Origin: a virus
Taxonomy: Duplodnaviria > Caudoviricetes
Reading direction: 5' to 3' (one strand)
Length of the DNA stretch: 25,843 bases
IMG/VR virus record: IMGVR_UViG_3300027808_000147
Location: 1-25,843 of that record
In this document: piece by piece, positions 7,877 to 16,808 of the stretch
Numbering within the stretch: position 1 is the first letter of the stretch
How the letters are laid out: each line of letters begins with the position of its first letter
Position numbers and translations under genes: made by a program
The notes under the pieces: model-generated
Database searches by the model: none
The model's input: the letters and a program-made list of their open reading frames with translations, nothing else
What the model was told of the DNA's origin: nothing

Positions 7877-8461
7877 TTAATGTCCCTTGAAAAATTTAGT
7901 TTCGCCTACTTTACTTGGGTAAGGCACAGCAACTGGTATAGGCAACTTACCACCTGGATAGCACACATAGGCTGGATACTCTGTTTCCACCACTCTGTAG
8001 AATTGTGCTTTTAATGTTCTGTCATGTTTGATAGCTTGCCATGGCATACCACCAAAATATTGATCACTAATACGAATGCTTATAACTTTAGGCAAGTCCA
8101 TCCACTTCCATGTTAACTTACCATCATCACCAATGGGTGCCATTGGATCTGGAACGCCCATTTCAGCGGCTTCACGATATGCTTTACAGCGAGCGGCCAC
8201 TGCTTCAGCATTTGTTTGTTCGCGTGTGATGTAGAACTTACCATCCTGGCGTCCTGTAGTAACTTTGATGTTACCTTGTTTGTTCCAATCAGTGCGGCTC
8301 CAATCGCCCTTCATGCTGTTGTATAACTTATCGTTTTGTAGCAGACGATCTGCTACACCATTATGGTTGGTAATTGTACCACCATGGTCTTGTCTCCAGT
8401 AGTCGTGATTCTTTTCTGGATCTGTGTCACTTAGGTATTCTGGTTGGTTTATATCATTCAT
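7877..8461 (-). CDS. Hypothetical protein after the capsid gene, 194 aa (start revised to MNDINQPEY)
   Basis: The track start at 8515 runs through the terminator; ATG 8461 has TAAATA-N5 upstream. Confidence 0.8.
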   Translation of the reverse strand: MNDINQPEYLSDTDPEKNHDYWRQDHGGTITNHNGVADRLLQNDKLYNSMKGDWSRTDWNKQGNIKVTTGRQDGKFYITREQTNAEAVAARCKAYREAAEMGVPDPMAPIGDDGKLTWKWMDLPKVISIRISDQYFGGMPWQAIKHDRTLKAQFYRVVETEYPAYVCYPGGKLPIPVAVPYPSKVGETKFFKGH

Positions 8462-8466
8462 AATGT

Positions 8467-8473
8467 TATTTAT
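8467..8473 (-). promoter_or_regulatory. Putative late promoter ATAAATA, 5 nt before the ATG at 8461
   Basis: acATAAATAacattATG. Confidence 0.7.
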
Positions 8474-8475
8474 GT

Positions 8476-8506
8476 CATAAAGAAAGGGCTCCGTAGAGCC
8501 CCTTCT
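8476..8506 (-). terminator. Rho-independent terminator after the major capsid gene
   Basis: AGAAGGGGCTC-TACG-GAGCCCTTTCT then TTAT; cUACGg tetraloop; 25 nt after the capsid stop. Confidence 0.85.
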
Positions 8507-8531
8507 GTGTTGCAACTTAATCTATAGTAGA

Positions 8532-9695
8532 TTAAGTAACATCTCCTGCACCTTGGTTTACACGCTGTACCAACACTGCTGGGCGAGCACTTGGTAAACT
8601 TGAACTTGTGCCTGCTTCAATCTGGTTAAGCATTCCAACTCCAGCGGGATTTCTAATTATGAGAGTCCCTTCCATGATGAACTGATCTAGCGATGAATCT
8701 GCATTGCTAAAAACTTCATTGTTGGGGCCCAAATCTCGCAAGCTACCCCACTGTAGCACATCTTCATTCAAGAAGTAAATGCTGTTGGGAACAACAGTAT
8801 CCATGATCCATGAATCAAAGATTTCGTAACTGTAGTTAAAGTCACCTTCATAAGTTTGGATTGTGTCACCACGAGCACTATCAACACGGTTGATACCGCG
8901 TGACTGTGGCATGTTGTCACTTAAACTTGTGCGTAGGCTTGTAGGTGCAACTACTGTGCGGATTTTAGCGTTGTAACGCTGTTCAGCAACTGTAACTAAC
9001 TGCTTGTATAACGCTGGGCTAAACAATTGGTTAACAAAAGTTCCTGTGTAAAACTGACTACCTTGAGCCGCAATGTCAAACGCACTGGCCGCTTGTGTTG
9101 CTGAGTCTGTTGACTCGTTGTTGGTGTAAGTGCTCATCACACTGACAGTTTGGCTGGATGTGTTGAAACTTTGTGTACCTGCAAAGGCACTCAATGAACC
9201 CATACGACGACCAGTTTGACCTGCTGGTAAACCACCAGCTGTACCTGCTTGACCTGCATACTTTGTACCAATTTGGTCGTTACGAACCAATTGTTGTTCC
9301 ACATCAAACATTAGTTCAATTAGCTGTTTTACCTCTTGGTAGGCCTGAGGATCACCACCAGATTGCATTACAGCGCGAGCAGTGCCTGTTGCGGCAATAA
9401 CTGTGCTGAAAATCTGTGTGTAGTTACCTAAGTTGTAACGCTGATTGCTTTCTGCACTTGCTGAACTAACAGCGGCGCCTTCAAGTTGAGCTTGAACTGC
9501 TGGAGTGCGATAAATGTCGTCAGTCCACAGAGGTAGTGTACTGTTGACTTTACGCTTCTTTGACATACACATGTTTAACACAGGTGTATCATCTTTTACG
9601 CGATTGGACACATCTAGGTCCAAGTCTTTAACTACGATGTCCGCACCGTAAGCGGTTGTTCCGTTACCAATCTGCGTTGTTGTAATTTGTGCCAT
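8532..9695 (-). CDS. Major capsid protein (SU10/DUF5309-like, HK97 fold)
   Basis: DTPVLNM, WTDD, EGA, NYTQIF, AYQEVK..IELMFDVE, RRMGSL, YEGDF, EGTLIIRNPAG; SD TAAGGA; follows scaffold, precedes terminator. Confidence 0.92.
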   Translation of the reverse strand: MAQITTTQIGNGTTAYGADIVVKDLDLDVSNRVKDDTPVLNMCMSKKRKVNSTLPLWTDDIYRTPAVQAQLEGAAVSSASAESNQRYNLGNYTQIFSTVIAATGTARAVMQSGGDPQAYQEVKQLIELMFDVEQQLVRNDQIGTKYAGQAGTAGGLPAGQTGRRMGSLSAFAGTQSFNTSSQTVSVMSTYTNNESTDSATQAASAFDIAAQGSQFYTGTFVNQLFSPALYKQLVTVAEQRYNAKIRTVVAPTSLRTSLSDNMPQSRGINRVDSARGDTIQTYEGDFNYSYEIFDSWIMDTVVPNSIYFLNEDVLQWGSLRDLGPNNEVFSNADSSLDQFIMEGTLIIRNPAGVGMLNQIEAGTSSSLPSARPAVLVQRVNQGAGDVT

Positions 9696-9717
9696 AATAT
9701 TATTTCCTTAAAATAAA

Positions 9718-10866
9718 TTATCTCCTACCTGAACGAATACTCTGTAAGCGTTGCATTAGTAGGTTGTCGCCAGCTTTTTTATCGCCAGCTTTGGCTTGTT
9801 CACGAAGTTTAGTAATATCACTGTCTGCTGATCTATTGCCTGGAGTACTACCTCGTCTTTGAGTTAGTTGTGCCATGCTAGAGCCTGCGCTTTTGGCAGT
9901 TGGTTTATCCCTATATCGTAATCCGTCGCGTATGAGACTTAACAAGCCTTCATCACTGCTGACCAAATCAATATTTGGTACTCCTGGGACAATTTCACCT
10001 TTGGCTTCAGGCCATAGCTTGGCAATTTTATCGCGAACTTCATTGTAGACAAATTCATTTTTCAACTCTTTGTCTTTAAAGTTCTTACGAGCAAAATCCA
10101 AACGCTCTGTTACCTGCTGTGTACGCACCTGCCTAAACTGGTCTATTGCTGGCCTCAACTTACCAATGGTCTGTTGTTGCTGGCGAATATAACTTTCATT
10201 CTGTTGCATACTAGCCTGAATCCTTGCCACTTGAGCAGGATCCTGTGTTCTCTGTAATTGTTGCTGAAAGGTGGTTTGATAATTTTGTGTTTTAACAATT
10301 TCATCATACGCTTTCTTCAACTTAGGTTGAACAGTGAATTCCATCGCAAGAGCTAAACCTTCCTGTCTTGATCGCACATCGTTTAAGTATTCGTTAAACT
10401 CTGCTCTATCAACTTTCAGTTGTCTCGCTTCTTCATGTATTGCGCTTCCTTGGCCCAATATTGCCGCGGCTTTCTTAGCATCAACTATGATTTCTTTGCC
10501 ATTCTTCATAAATTTGAATTTGGCGTTTGGGTTTGTTTCTGCAAACTCAACGAAATCAATTAGTTCATCTGCTGTAGAATCATTACTATCAGTGCTTACA
10601 GTTTCCTGGGCATCTGTTTCTTGATTGTCGCTAGCGTTATCGTCTCCATAAGAGTCGTCAACTTCAACACTTTCAGGTGTTACGGGGTTTGATGTTTCTG
10701 CCGTCTCATCTTGACCCGTTGCAGTTTGTTCAGTAGCTCTAAGTTGGTTACGCTGTGTGCCTTCACGCATAGCGGTCATCTTTTGTGCTATAGAATCTAA
10801 ACTAGGAACTGCGCTTTGTTCAGTGCCCGTACTCTGTGGAGCATTAGGGGTGATCGTTGTTTCCAT
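9718..10866 (-). CDS. Capsid scaffolding protein
   Basis: Acidic disordered N-terminus, KFKFMKNGKEIIV, Gln-rich coiled coil, basic C-terminal helix; between portal and capsid. Confidence 0.8.
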   Translation of the reverse strand: METTITPNAPQSTGTEQSAVPSLDSIAQKMTAMREGTQRNQLRATEQTATGQDETAETSNPVTPESVEVDDSYGDDNASDNQETDAQETVSTDSNDSTADELIDFVEFAETNPNAKFKFMKNGKEIIVDAKKAAAILGQGSAIHEEARQLKVDRAEFNEYLNDVRSRQEGLALAMEFTVQPKLKKAYDEIVKTQNYQTTFQQQLQRTQDPAQVARIQASMQQNESYIRQQQQTIGKLRPAIDQFRQVRTQQVTERLDFARKNFKDKELKNEFVYNEVRDKIAKLWPEAKGEIVPGVPNIDLVSSDEGLLSLIRDGLRYRDKPTAKSAGSSMAQLTQRRGSTPGNRSADSDITKLREQAKAGDKKAGDNLLMQRLQSIRSGRR

Positions 10867-10911
10867 ATCTATCCTTAAATTGTAAGGGCCTTGTGGGTTA
10901 CCTTGTAAGTT

Positions 10912-10918
10912 TATTTAG
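10912..10918 (-). promoter_or_regulatory. Putative late promoter CTAAATA for scaffold-capsid
   Basis: Intergenic taCTAAATAaac, 45 nt before an SD-led ATG. Confidence 0.7.
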
Positions 10919-10925
10919 TATCGCT

Positions 10926-11273
10926 TTAAGGCTGGTTGTCCGTATTATGCTCAGCCTTGATCATTATATTCTTTTTATACACAGCCGTTTGTAATGTATT
11001 GATAAAACTATCAATACCACTCAGTTGATTGGCCAAAGCAATGCGTTCTGCATTGGCATCTGTGGTGTGTGTTCTTATATTGGTCATAGCATCATTAACT
11101 TCAAATTTGAAGTGATGTATAAACATGGCCAAGTCTCTGTTTTTCATTAAAGCTTCTGCTAAACTACCATACTGTTTAACAGCATCACGCTGGCTTGGCG
11201 TTAACTTTTTAGGGTTACTTGTATCAATCGTAAGACGCTTGTTATAAGCATCTACTGCTTCCTCACTAATCAT
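10926..11273 (-). CDS. Small helical protein between portal and scaffold, 115 aa
   Basis: ORF track; SD AAAGGA; position typical of this module type. Confidence 0.85.
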   Translation of the reverse strand: MISEEAVDAYNKRLTIDTSNPKKLTPSQRDAVKQYGSLAEALMKNRDLAMFIHHFKFEVNDAMTNIRTHTTDANAERIALANQLSGIDSFINTLQTAVYKKNIMIKAEHNTDNQP

Positions 11274-11287
11274 TTCCGTTCCTTTTT

Positions 11288-13558
11288 TTAACTGTAAACT
11301 TTAGGATCGCCTGCGGCCATTGACATAAAGTCAAGTTGGGTTTCAGCGTCCTCACCAGCAACTTCCATTTGAATTTGCTTGGCTTTGGTATCATTCAAGT
11401 TGGCAGTTGACAAATCTTTCTTATCAACTGGGCTTGGTTCTTTGTTCTTAGCGGCTTCTTGTGCTTGTTGAATCATAGCAATAACTTCTTCATCGCTTGG
11501 CAAGTAGCTGTCACTGTCTTTGACACCCAGCACATACAAGGTATCAGCAAATGGCTTTTTGACTTTCTTGTACATTTCAGGTGTTAGTGTGCCTGCGGCA
11601 ACCATACCTTGTGTCATTTGATACAAGTCTGTTTGACACTTTTGTATAATTTGTAAACGACCCAAGGCGTTTTCTTCTGACTTCATGCCCAGCGCAAGTT
11701 CCAAGTTCAATTGCTTACGCTCACAGAAGTTCATGTCATCCCAGGCCATGTAATCTAAAAACTCTGGCTTCTTGTCTGGGTGACTTGATTGTGCCAGTTT
11801 CTTAACACCATAGTCATCACCATACTGGATCAAGGTGCGCCATACCAACCATAGAGCTTCTTTAAGACCTTCAGCCGCGTTGCGTACTGTATTGTCTTGA
11901 ATAATTTGATTAGGACTTAGAGCCATTTGTAGCTTGACACCACTATTACCTGCGGCCATAACTTCTGGATTGAATACATCTTGTGGAGTAGTCATACCAA
12001 CCATGGCCATTGTGTCTTGTTGAATACGATTCATTGCAACTTCTAAGAACTGCAAGTTGCCACTTGGAGGAGGCATTTGGTAAATGTCTGTGGCTGGATT
12101 AAATTTTGAGTCCAAGATAAAGATTGCGCTTTCGCCATCTTGCATCATTTCAAAGTCAACACGATCTGGCTTGACACCAATGCGTGGTGTTGCTGTCAGC
12201 AAGCCCAATTGAATCTCAGCACGGGCCGCGGAGGTGTTGTATTCCTGCATGGGAATAACACTTTCACCAACACTCATACCATAGAAGTTGCCAGGTAAGG
12301 GCTTTGGACACATGTTGGCAACAGGAATAAATTCTACTTCTCTTGCGCTGATAATGTAACTACCACTATAAATTAATTCTACTAGTTCTAGTTCACCATC
12401 ACCATCAATGTCATACTTGTTCCATACAGTGACAATACTGACTTGTTTTGAGTCTGGATCTGCTGATGCCGCACTGCTCACAGGAATACCCATGACAGGT
12501 ACTGAGTCTCTAGCATGGATAGCCAAGTTGTTTAGTACGCTACCTGCTTGGTAAGCGCCATTCATGTTGTATTCTGCGTGTTTGCGGAATTCTTCTAGGT
12601 TAATGTCTGGATACAGGTCCATTGCTTCTTGAATACTCATTGGATCGTAATAGCCACAGAAAGGTTGATTCTTCATTTCAGGAACTGTGGGATCACAAAT
12701 CCAATAGTGCTGTGCAATAGGATGGAATTGAATATTGATGCTGTAGCCAGTTAGTTTGTATTTGGCTTTGTAACTGGTGTTGCGACTCAGCGCACTATTG
12801 ACAATTTCTTGTTCACCAGTGGCTTGTTCATCTGTTGTTGGACCCATTGCTTCCTGGTCTAGTTCTTCAGGAATTGTTCTTAAACTTTCAATTTGTGTAT
12901 CAATTGTGTTTTGTAAATTTTCTTTATTGCTGTCGCCTAAGTTTTGTTGGATCTCTGCCATGGCTTTGATCATGTCAACATTGTCTCTGCGTTTGCTTTG
13001 GCGTAGGGTTGTCAGGCCTGATTCAGCGGCTTGCATCTCAAATGCTCGCAATTGATCGTTTGTACCACTGATTTCTACATAACGCACAATCTGTTCACGC
13101 ACTGGTTTGATCATCATCATACCGTTTTTGTGCATGTTGGCGTCCATGATCCAACGCTCTAAGATAAAGTGTGGATCATTCATTTGGTTAACAATTTTGT
13201 TGACCATATCACTGGCTTGTCTTGCGGCCGCTTCATCTTCTTCACCATCAGCAACAAACTCAAAGTTGATCTCACCATTGGGCATTAGACCCTTGGCAAT
13301 AACAGCAGTGGCGTAATCAACAATGGGCTTTACAGTTGGGTGAATATAGTCAATGCCGTTTACTGGTGCTGTTGAGTCTGTAACTGCAAGACACAGGTAG
13401 TGATAATCTGTTGCACGATTTACTGCGTTCTTTGTGCCTAGATAGCGCAGGTAGGATGCCATTTTGACATCCATTTGATTCTTCATTCGCACAAAAACAG
13501 CGTTAATCTTTTTGTTCTGATTAATGTCTTCTACTGGGATATTCTTAATATCAAGCAT
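11288..13558 (-). CDS. Portal protein (P22/SU10-like), 756 aa
   Basis: Size and position; DEAAARQASDMVN, YDIDGDGELEL, FYGMSVGE.VIPMQ motifs; Gln/Ala-rich C-terminus. Confidence 0.9.
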   Translation of the reverse strand: MLDIKNIPVEDINQNKKINAVFVRMKNQMDVKMASYLRYLGTKNAVNRATDYHYLCLAVTDSTAPVNGIDYIHPTVKPIVDYATAVIAKGLMPNGEINFEFVADGEEDEAAARQASDMVNKIVNQMNDPHFILERWIMDANMHKNGMMMIKPVREQIVRYVEISGTNDQLRAFEMQAAESGLTTLRQSKRRDNVDMIKAMAEIQQNLGDSNKENLQNTIDTQIESLRTIPEELDQEAMGPTTDEQATGEQEIVNSALSRNTSYKAKYKLTGYSINIQFHPIAQHYWICDPTVPEMKNQPFCGYYDPMSIQEAMDLYPDINLEEFRKHAEYNMNGAYQAGSVLNNLAIHARDSVPVMGIPVSSAASADPDSKQVSIVTVWNKYDIDGDGELELVELIYSGSYIISAREVEFIPVANMCPKPLPGNFYGMSVGESVIPMQEYNTSAARAEIQLGLLTATPRIGVKPDRVDFEMMQDGESAIFILDSKFNPATDIYQMPPPSGNLQFLEVAMNRIQQDTMAMVGMTTPQDVFNPEVMAAGNSGVKLQMALSPNQIIQDNTVRNAAEGLKEALWLVWRTLIQYGDDYGVKKLAQSSHPDKKPEFLDYMAWDDMNFCERKQLNLELALGMKSEENALGRLQIIQKCQTDLYQMTQGMVAAGTLTPEMYKKVKKPFADTLYVLGVKDSDSYLPSDEEVIAMIQQAQEAAKNKEPSPVDKKDLSTANLNDTKAKQIQMEVAGEDAETQLDFMSMAAGDPKVYS

Positions 13559-13585
13559 TGTATAGGGTTCCCTTAACTGATGTAT

Positions 13586-13592
13586 TATTTAG
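13586..13592 (-). promoter_or_regulatory. Putative late promoter CTAAATA for the portal gene
   Basis: Intergenic tgCTAAATAata. Confidence 0.7.
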
Positions 13593-13594
13593 CA

Positions 13595-13831
13595 TCAAAT
13601 GAATTCACCAGGAAGTATGATCCTTGATTGATCATTCACACGATTGGCGTAATCTTTGGCCACAACAAGATCACATGCATGACAATGTTTGGGTGCATCT
13701 TCTTCATCTAGCTCAATAATAGTATGTGGAACAGCGTTAACTATCATTGCTTTCTCAAATACTTGTGCGTGTCGTTCACACATGATATAAGGGGTTTCTT
13801 CCCCTACAGTAACTAGAAACTTTTCATTCAT
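13595..13831 (-). CDS. Small putative Zn-binding protein, 78 aa (start revised to MNEKFLV)
   Basis: GGAGG SD upstream of ATG 13831; CERH...CHAC ligand pairs. Confidence 0.7.
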   Translation of the reverse strand: MNEKFLVTVGEETPYIMCERHAQVFEKAMIVNAVPHTIIELDEEDAPKHCHACDLVVAKDYANRVNDQSRIILPGEFI

Positions 13832-13832
13832 A

Positions 13833-15449
13833 TTATCCTCCAGGGTCGTAGGTCTTCTTGATTGCGGCTTTGTTGCTTTCGTCACGCGGTTTCATATACT
13901 TGTCACGAGCTGCCATCATACGCTGTTGCGAAGTTCTATTGTCCCATGGCTCAGCAATACCTTGCAAGCAGGCCAACAGCGCATAACGGCAACTGTCAAT
14001 GGTGTCATCTGGATCACTAAAGCGACCTTGACTGTCCACATAGTAGTTTTGTGCGTCACTGACAAACTGTGTACAGTTTTGATTGACCATTAGGCTACCA
14101 ACTTCCAGCATTTGACGCATTTGATTGATACCATAACTCTTATGATTAGTTACCCTTCCTTCTTGGTCAGGAGGATTCATAATAGCTTTGTGATACACAT
14201 TCAATTCGTAACTTTCAAACAGTTCTCTAATTGAGTTTGAACTCATGGTGTATCTGCCAGCAGTATTAGCGTCAGCAGGTAGCACAATAGGAGTACCAAA
14301 CACTTCAGGACGAAGGAGATGATTGATATACTGGCTGGGGACAGCCTCTTCAATACCCTGCACACAGATTTGTTTATGTAAGAAAGCAGTTCGTTCATAA
14401 GGATCCCAATACATTAAACTGATCACAGTTTTGTCATTTACCAAGCCCAAGTCAAGTGCAATCACACGCTGAATGTTTGGCATTCTAGTAAAGTCATAAT
14501 CACCTGTTTGATACAAGGGCCATTCACGGATTTGAAACACAGCACCTTTGCCCATAACTGGCTTACCAGCAATACGAGCTTCTCGTTCATGTGGCAAGTA
14601 ATCGCGCTCTAACTGACGGCGGGTCTCCTTCAGCAGGAATGGTTGTCCCCAAGGATCATACTCAGGACAGTCATCCCAACTTACACGAATAAACTCATAG
14701 CCTTCTTCTTTGTTCCAGAACTTGCTAACCAGGCCATTCAGACCTTTTAAGGGTGTAAAACTACAAAGTACTTTACCTTGTGTGGTAGCAGTTCGCGTTA
14801 CGATTTCACTGAAGAAGTCATCTGGTGGCTGTTCATCAAACACAGCAAGGTTCAATTTGAAACCCTGTAGCTGACGAACTTCCTGCGTGTAATTTGCAAA
14901 TAGGAGATAACTGTTGCTGCCAGAGACATGACGAATCTCTACACCAATACAGTTGGCACCATCATTACGCATTGTATCTACTACAATACAATCACGAGGA
15001 ATAACACCTGTGCCAAGATTATCTGTAATCTTAACATCTTGGGTGCCAAGCAATTCATTCTGTAATACAAGCGCAACTTGGCTCCATCCTTCACCAGCAA
15101 CCATACAGGTAATTGGTTTGTTGAAGCGATAGCCAGTCCACCAAGAAGGATATTGTCCTGTCAGGTGACATGCTGTTTCATAACAAGTGCTGACTGTTTT
15201 ACCAATACGGTTGGCGGCCAAGATACCACGGCGTTCACTGGCACCAGTTTCAAAGAATCTTAATTGATGTTCAAATGGCCTAAAGTATTTGAGTTGATGA
15301 TACCGCATGTCATCTGCTGTTTCAATTACTAGTTCTTGCAATTGTAATTGCAAATTAGTTGGCCAAGTTCTATAAGTTTCTGGTGCAACTTCATTTTTAT
15401 CCAAAGCATAACGCAGGGCACGAGCCATTAAGGTTTCTGTGCCAATCAT
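13833..15449 (-). CDS. terL: Terminase large subunit
   Basis: Walker A AANRIGKT, Walker B LAVFDE, motif III SFTP, nuclease ALDLG and DDTIDSCRYA. Confidence 0.96.
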   Translation of the reverse strand: MIGTETLMARALRYALDKNEVAPETYRTWPTNLQLQLQELVIETADDMRYHQLKYFRPFEHQLRFFETGASERRGILAANRIGKTVSTCYETACHLTGQYPSWWTGYRFNKPITCMVAGEGWSQVALVLQNELLGTQDVKITDNLGTGVIPRDCIVVDTMRNDGANCIGVEIRHVSGSNSYLLFANYTQEVRQLQGFKLNLAVFDEQPPDDFFSEIVTRTATTQGKVLCSFTPLKGLNGLVSKFWNKEEGYEFIRVSWDDCPEYDPWGQPFLLKETRRQLERDYLPHEREARIAGKPVMGKGAVFQIREWPLYQTGDYDFTRMPNIQRVIALDLGLVNDKTVISLMYWDPYERTAFLHKQICVQGIEEAVPSQYINHLLRPEVFGTPIVLPADANTAGRYTMSSNSIRELFESYELNVYHKAIMNPPDQEGRVTNHKSYGINQMRQMLEVGSLMVNQNCTQFVSDAQNYYVDSQGRFSDPDDTIDSCRYALLACLQGIAEPWDNRTSQQRMMAARDKYMKPRDESNKAAIKKTYDPGG

Positions 15450-15450
15450 G

Positions 15451-15651
15451 TTAGGCCTTGGGTTGGCTGTCTAAGAACTCAGTTAAGATATCACGCAAGA
15501 ACACAAGATCAAACTTGTCAAAGTCATAATCAATTTCACAATCGCCCATGCCATCTTCATTCAAGCGAAATGTTAGATGACAATGTGTTTTACTGATCCA
15601 AGCACCTGTAACATCAAAACTGCTGTCTTCATTGCTTGCTATGTTCGTCAT
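15451..15651 (-). CDS. Small acidic hypothetical protein, 66 aa
   Basis: ORF track; GGAG SD; abuts terL. Confidence 0.7.
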   Translation of the reverse strand: MTNIASNEDSSFDVTGAWISKTHCHLTFRLNEDGMGDCEIDYDFDKFDLVFLRDILTEFLDSQPKA

Positions 15652-15955
15652 TTGCGATCTCCATTGGATACTCTCTATTGATCTTACTTAGATTATAAAG
15701 TGCTTCTGCTAGATTGGCAATTTCTTCTGCTGTTGAGTTCCATGTTGCAGGATCTGCTAGGTCAGTGGGCTTGCGTGTTAAGATAGCCTGCAAGCGTTCA
15801 GCAGTCAAGCGCATACAATGTTCAATCTGTCCAGGAAAGCGAGCTTTGAATCCTTCCCTGTGACTGGCATTGATCTTTTGTGATATCAAAGTATCACGAA
15901 CCATACGCTCTTGCTGTGCTTGATGAATCATTCCATCGCGGATTTCATTGGTCAT
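15629..15955 (-). CDS. Hypothetical helical protein, 108 aa (start MTNEIRDG)
   Basis: ATGA overlap with the upstream stop at 15952-15954. Confidence 0.75.
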   Translation of the reverse strand: MTNEIRDGMIHQAQQERMVRDTLISQKINASHREGFKARFPGQIEHCMRLTAERLQAILTRKPTDLADPATWNSTAEEIANLAEALYNLSKINREYPMEIANDEHSKQ

Positions 15956-16752
15956 TTTAGATCCCAAGGATTGTTGGCAACATTACTATTCATTGTAACA
16001 AATTCACGATCAACCCATACTGCCCATTGATTGCTGTTGTTGACACGGAATGTCTGCATCATGGCACGAAGCTTTTTACCTTGTGGTGTCAGTGTGCCAT
16101 CTTCACGCATGATAGTTTGCTCACCTGTGCGTGGGTCAACAATTTTAATAATTTCAGGTCTAATGCGGCCAAACTTGTCAATTTTTTCACCATGTGGTCT
16201 TTTACTAAGTGGACCAAGAATTTCATAACTGATTTGTCCTGTATTATACTTGCGGAATATAACATGACATTTATGATCTTGTGCTCTTGCGTCTGGGTCT
16301 GGATGTGGAATGTGTGGTGACCAGAATGTATTTTGAATCTGAGTATGATCTGGCAAATTGGCATCACGATCTGGTGCTGGCTTGATTGGATCTTCTGGAA
16401 TCATTTCAGCCTTATCAACATAAGGATTGTCACTGCCAGTGTACTTGGCATCAACAGGCACGCCATTCAGCGTGTCCATGGCCACTTGATATTTTAATTT
16501 GTTGGCACGACCTTTTAAATTTAACACAACGCCAACTTGATCATAAACAAAGCGTTCTAGATCTTTGGCTGTGGGAAAGTCTGTCATTAGGCCATCTAAA
16601 TCAAAGTCACTGGCGTTGGGCGCAGATGGTGGTACAGGTGCTGTGATGTTTAAAATCTCATCAGCAATCTTTTTTGATTTACTGGCTCGTGTGGTTTTGG
16701 GGGTGTCATTGGGAGCAGATTCGTCCCAAGGGTTTTGAGTTTCATTTTGCAT
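15952..16752 (-). CDS. Hypothetical protein, 266 aa (start revised to MQNETQNPWD)
   Basis: SD AAAGGA upstream of ATG 16752; NPWD motif at both termini. Confidence 0.85.
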   Translation of the reverse strand: MQNETQNPWDESAPNDTPKTTRASKSKKIADEILNITAPVPPSAPNASDFDLDGLMTDFPTAKDLERFVYDQVGVVLNLKGRANKLKYQVAMDTLNGVPVDAKYTGSDNPYVDKAEMIPEDPIKPAPDRDANLPDHTQIQNTFWSPHIPHPDPDARAQDHKCHVIFRKYNTGQISYEILGPLSKRPHGEKIDKFGRIRPEIIKIVDPRTGEQTIMREDGTLTPQGKKLRAMMQTFRVNNSNQWAVWVDREFVTMNSNVANNPWDLK

Positions 16753-16775
16753 TTCATTTCCTTTTTCTATGCGAT

Positions 16776-16800
16776 ACAAGGTGGAGTCTGTCCACCTTGT
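16776..16800. other. Perfect 10-bp hairpin ACAAGGTGGA-N5-TCCACCTTGT abutting the CTAAATA motif
   Basis: Inverted repeat 16776-16785/16791-16800. Confidence 0.75.
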
Positions 16801-16801
16801 T

Positions 16802-16808
16802 TATTTAG
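16802..16808 (-). promoter_or_regulatory. Putative late promoter CTAAATA for the operon leading to terL
   Basis: Immediately after the stop at 16809. Confidence 0.65.

Noticed and set aside
15685-15691. CTAAGTA 33 nt upstream of ORF 15651 as a possible terL promoter
   Set aside because: Inside a coding region and of the weaker variant; not enough support
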